A stretch of DNA of 64,000 nucleotides from Candidatus Nitrosopolaris sp. Lineage in GTDB: Archaea; Thermoproteota; Nitrososphaeria; Nitrososphaerales; Nitrososphaeraceae. The notes under the pieces are model-generated. The model was not told the origin of the DNA. It saw only the letters and a list, made by a program, of their open reading frames with translations, and ran no database searches. The stretch is taken from positions 12,133-76,132 of the forward strand of contig JBPYDP010000022.1 in NCBI GenBank assembly GCA_051985775.1, written 5' to 3'. This document shows positions 63,504-64,000 of the stretch, piece after piece (the first letter of the stretch is position 1; each line of letters opens with the position of its first letter). Both the position numbers and the translations under genes were made by a program.

Positions 63504-63998
63504 CTTATTTGCCGCCACGATAATCCTGTGAATTACGGTACAAGCTGCTAAGATAGATACTGATATAACCGCCCATTCCATTGCTCTTGGAGTAGGGACT
63601 AAACTGATCACGGCTAGCAACAATAGCCGCTCTGCTCGTTCTCCTATCCCAAAACCTGCCAAGCTCAGCTGGAGAGATTCCGCCTTGGCCCTAGTGTAAC
63701 TTACGAGAAATGATAACGACAAAGCTATCATACACAGAATTGGTTCAGCAAACCCTCCAGCAGCAATTCCTATGAATATTATCGCTTCAGAAATTCTATC
63801 ACCTGTCGAATCAAGGAAAGATCCCTTTTGTGACACTCGTTTAGTTATCCTCGCTACACTCCCGTCGACTATATCGAAGAACCCACCCAATAGGATTAGA
63901 CAGCTGCCCACAATTGGGAGATACACCCAATATTCTCCGACGAGAGGTCGACTTGCGTATAGACCTCCTGCAAGTGCGAAAGTAATTAAACTTAACCA
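63495..63998 (-). CDS. CDP-alcohol phosphatidyltransferase (5' end outside window)
   Basis: DxxDGxxAR...GxxxDxxxD motif; the frame stays open to the window edge. Confidence 0.9.
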   Translation of the reverse strand, partial: WLSLITFALAGGLYASRPLVGEYWVYLPIVGSCLILLGGFFDIVDGSVARITKRVSQKGSFLDSTGDRISEAIIFIGIAAGGFAEPILCMIALSLSFLVSYTRAKAESLQLSLAGFGIGERAERLLLLAVISLVPTPRAMEWAVISVSILAACTVIHRIIVAANKLT

Positions 63999-64000
63999 AG

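Overview
A gene-dense housekeeping region (roughly 40% GC by eye) of an ammonia-oxidising archaeon, probably soil Nitrososphaeraceae. Markers are rps25e, rps26e, rps30e, rpoE1-spt4, TFB, PCNA, aRF1, csl4, scpAB and thaumarchaeal hypothetical proteins. It carries branched-chain amino acid, NAD, pyrimidine and purine biosynthesis genes. The main finding is that carB is interrupted inside its conserved GEAGE|FDYSG motif by a 22-nt insert (36490-36511, minus strand). The insert contains a stop codon, shifts the frame and folds into a tRNA-type bulge-helix-bulge/loop splice motif whose predicted cuts restore the full protein exactly. This is a candidate archaeal mRNA intron, and the tRNA splicing endonuclease endA lies in the same window. 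Also found: an IS6-like transposase relic, four small ORFs missing from the ORF track, an Ile/Leu/Val-rich uORF before ilvB, two promoters bracketed by inverted repeats, and several enzymes with altered motifs. No tRNA, rRNA or CRISPR array was recognised.
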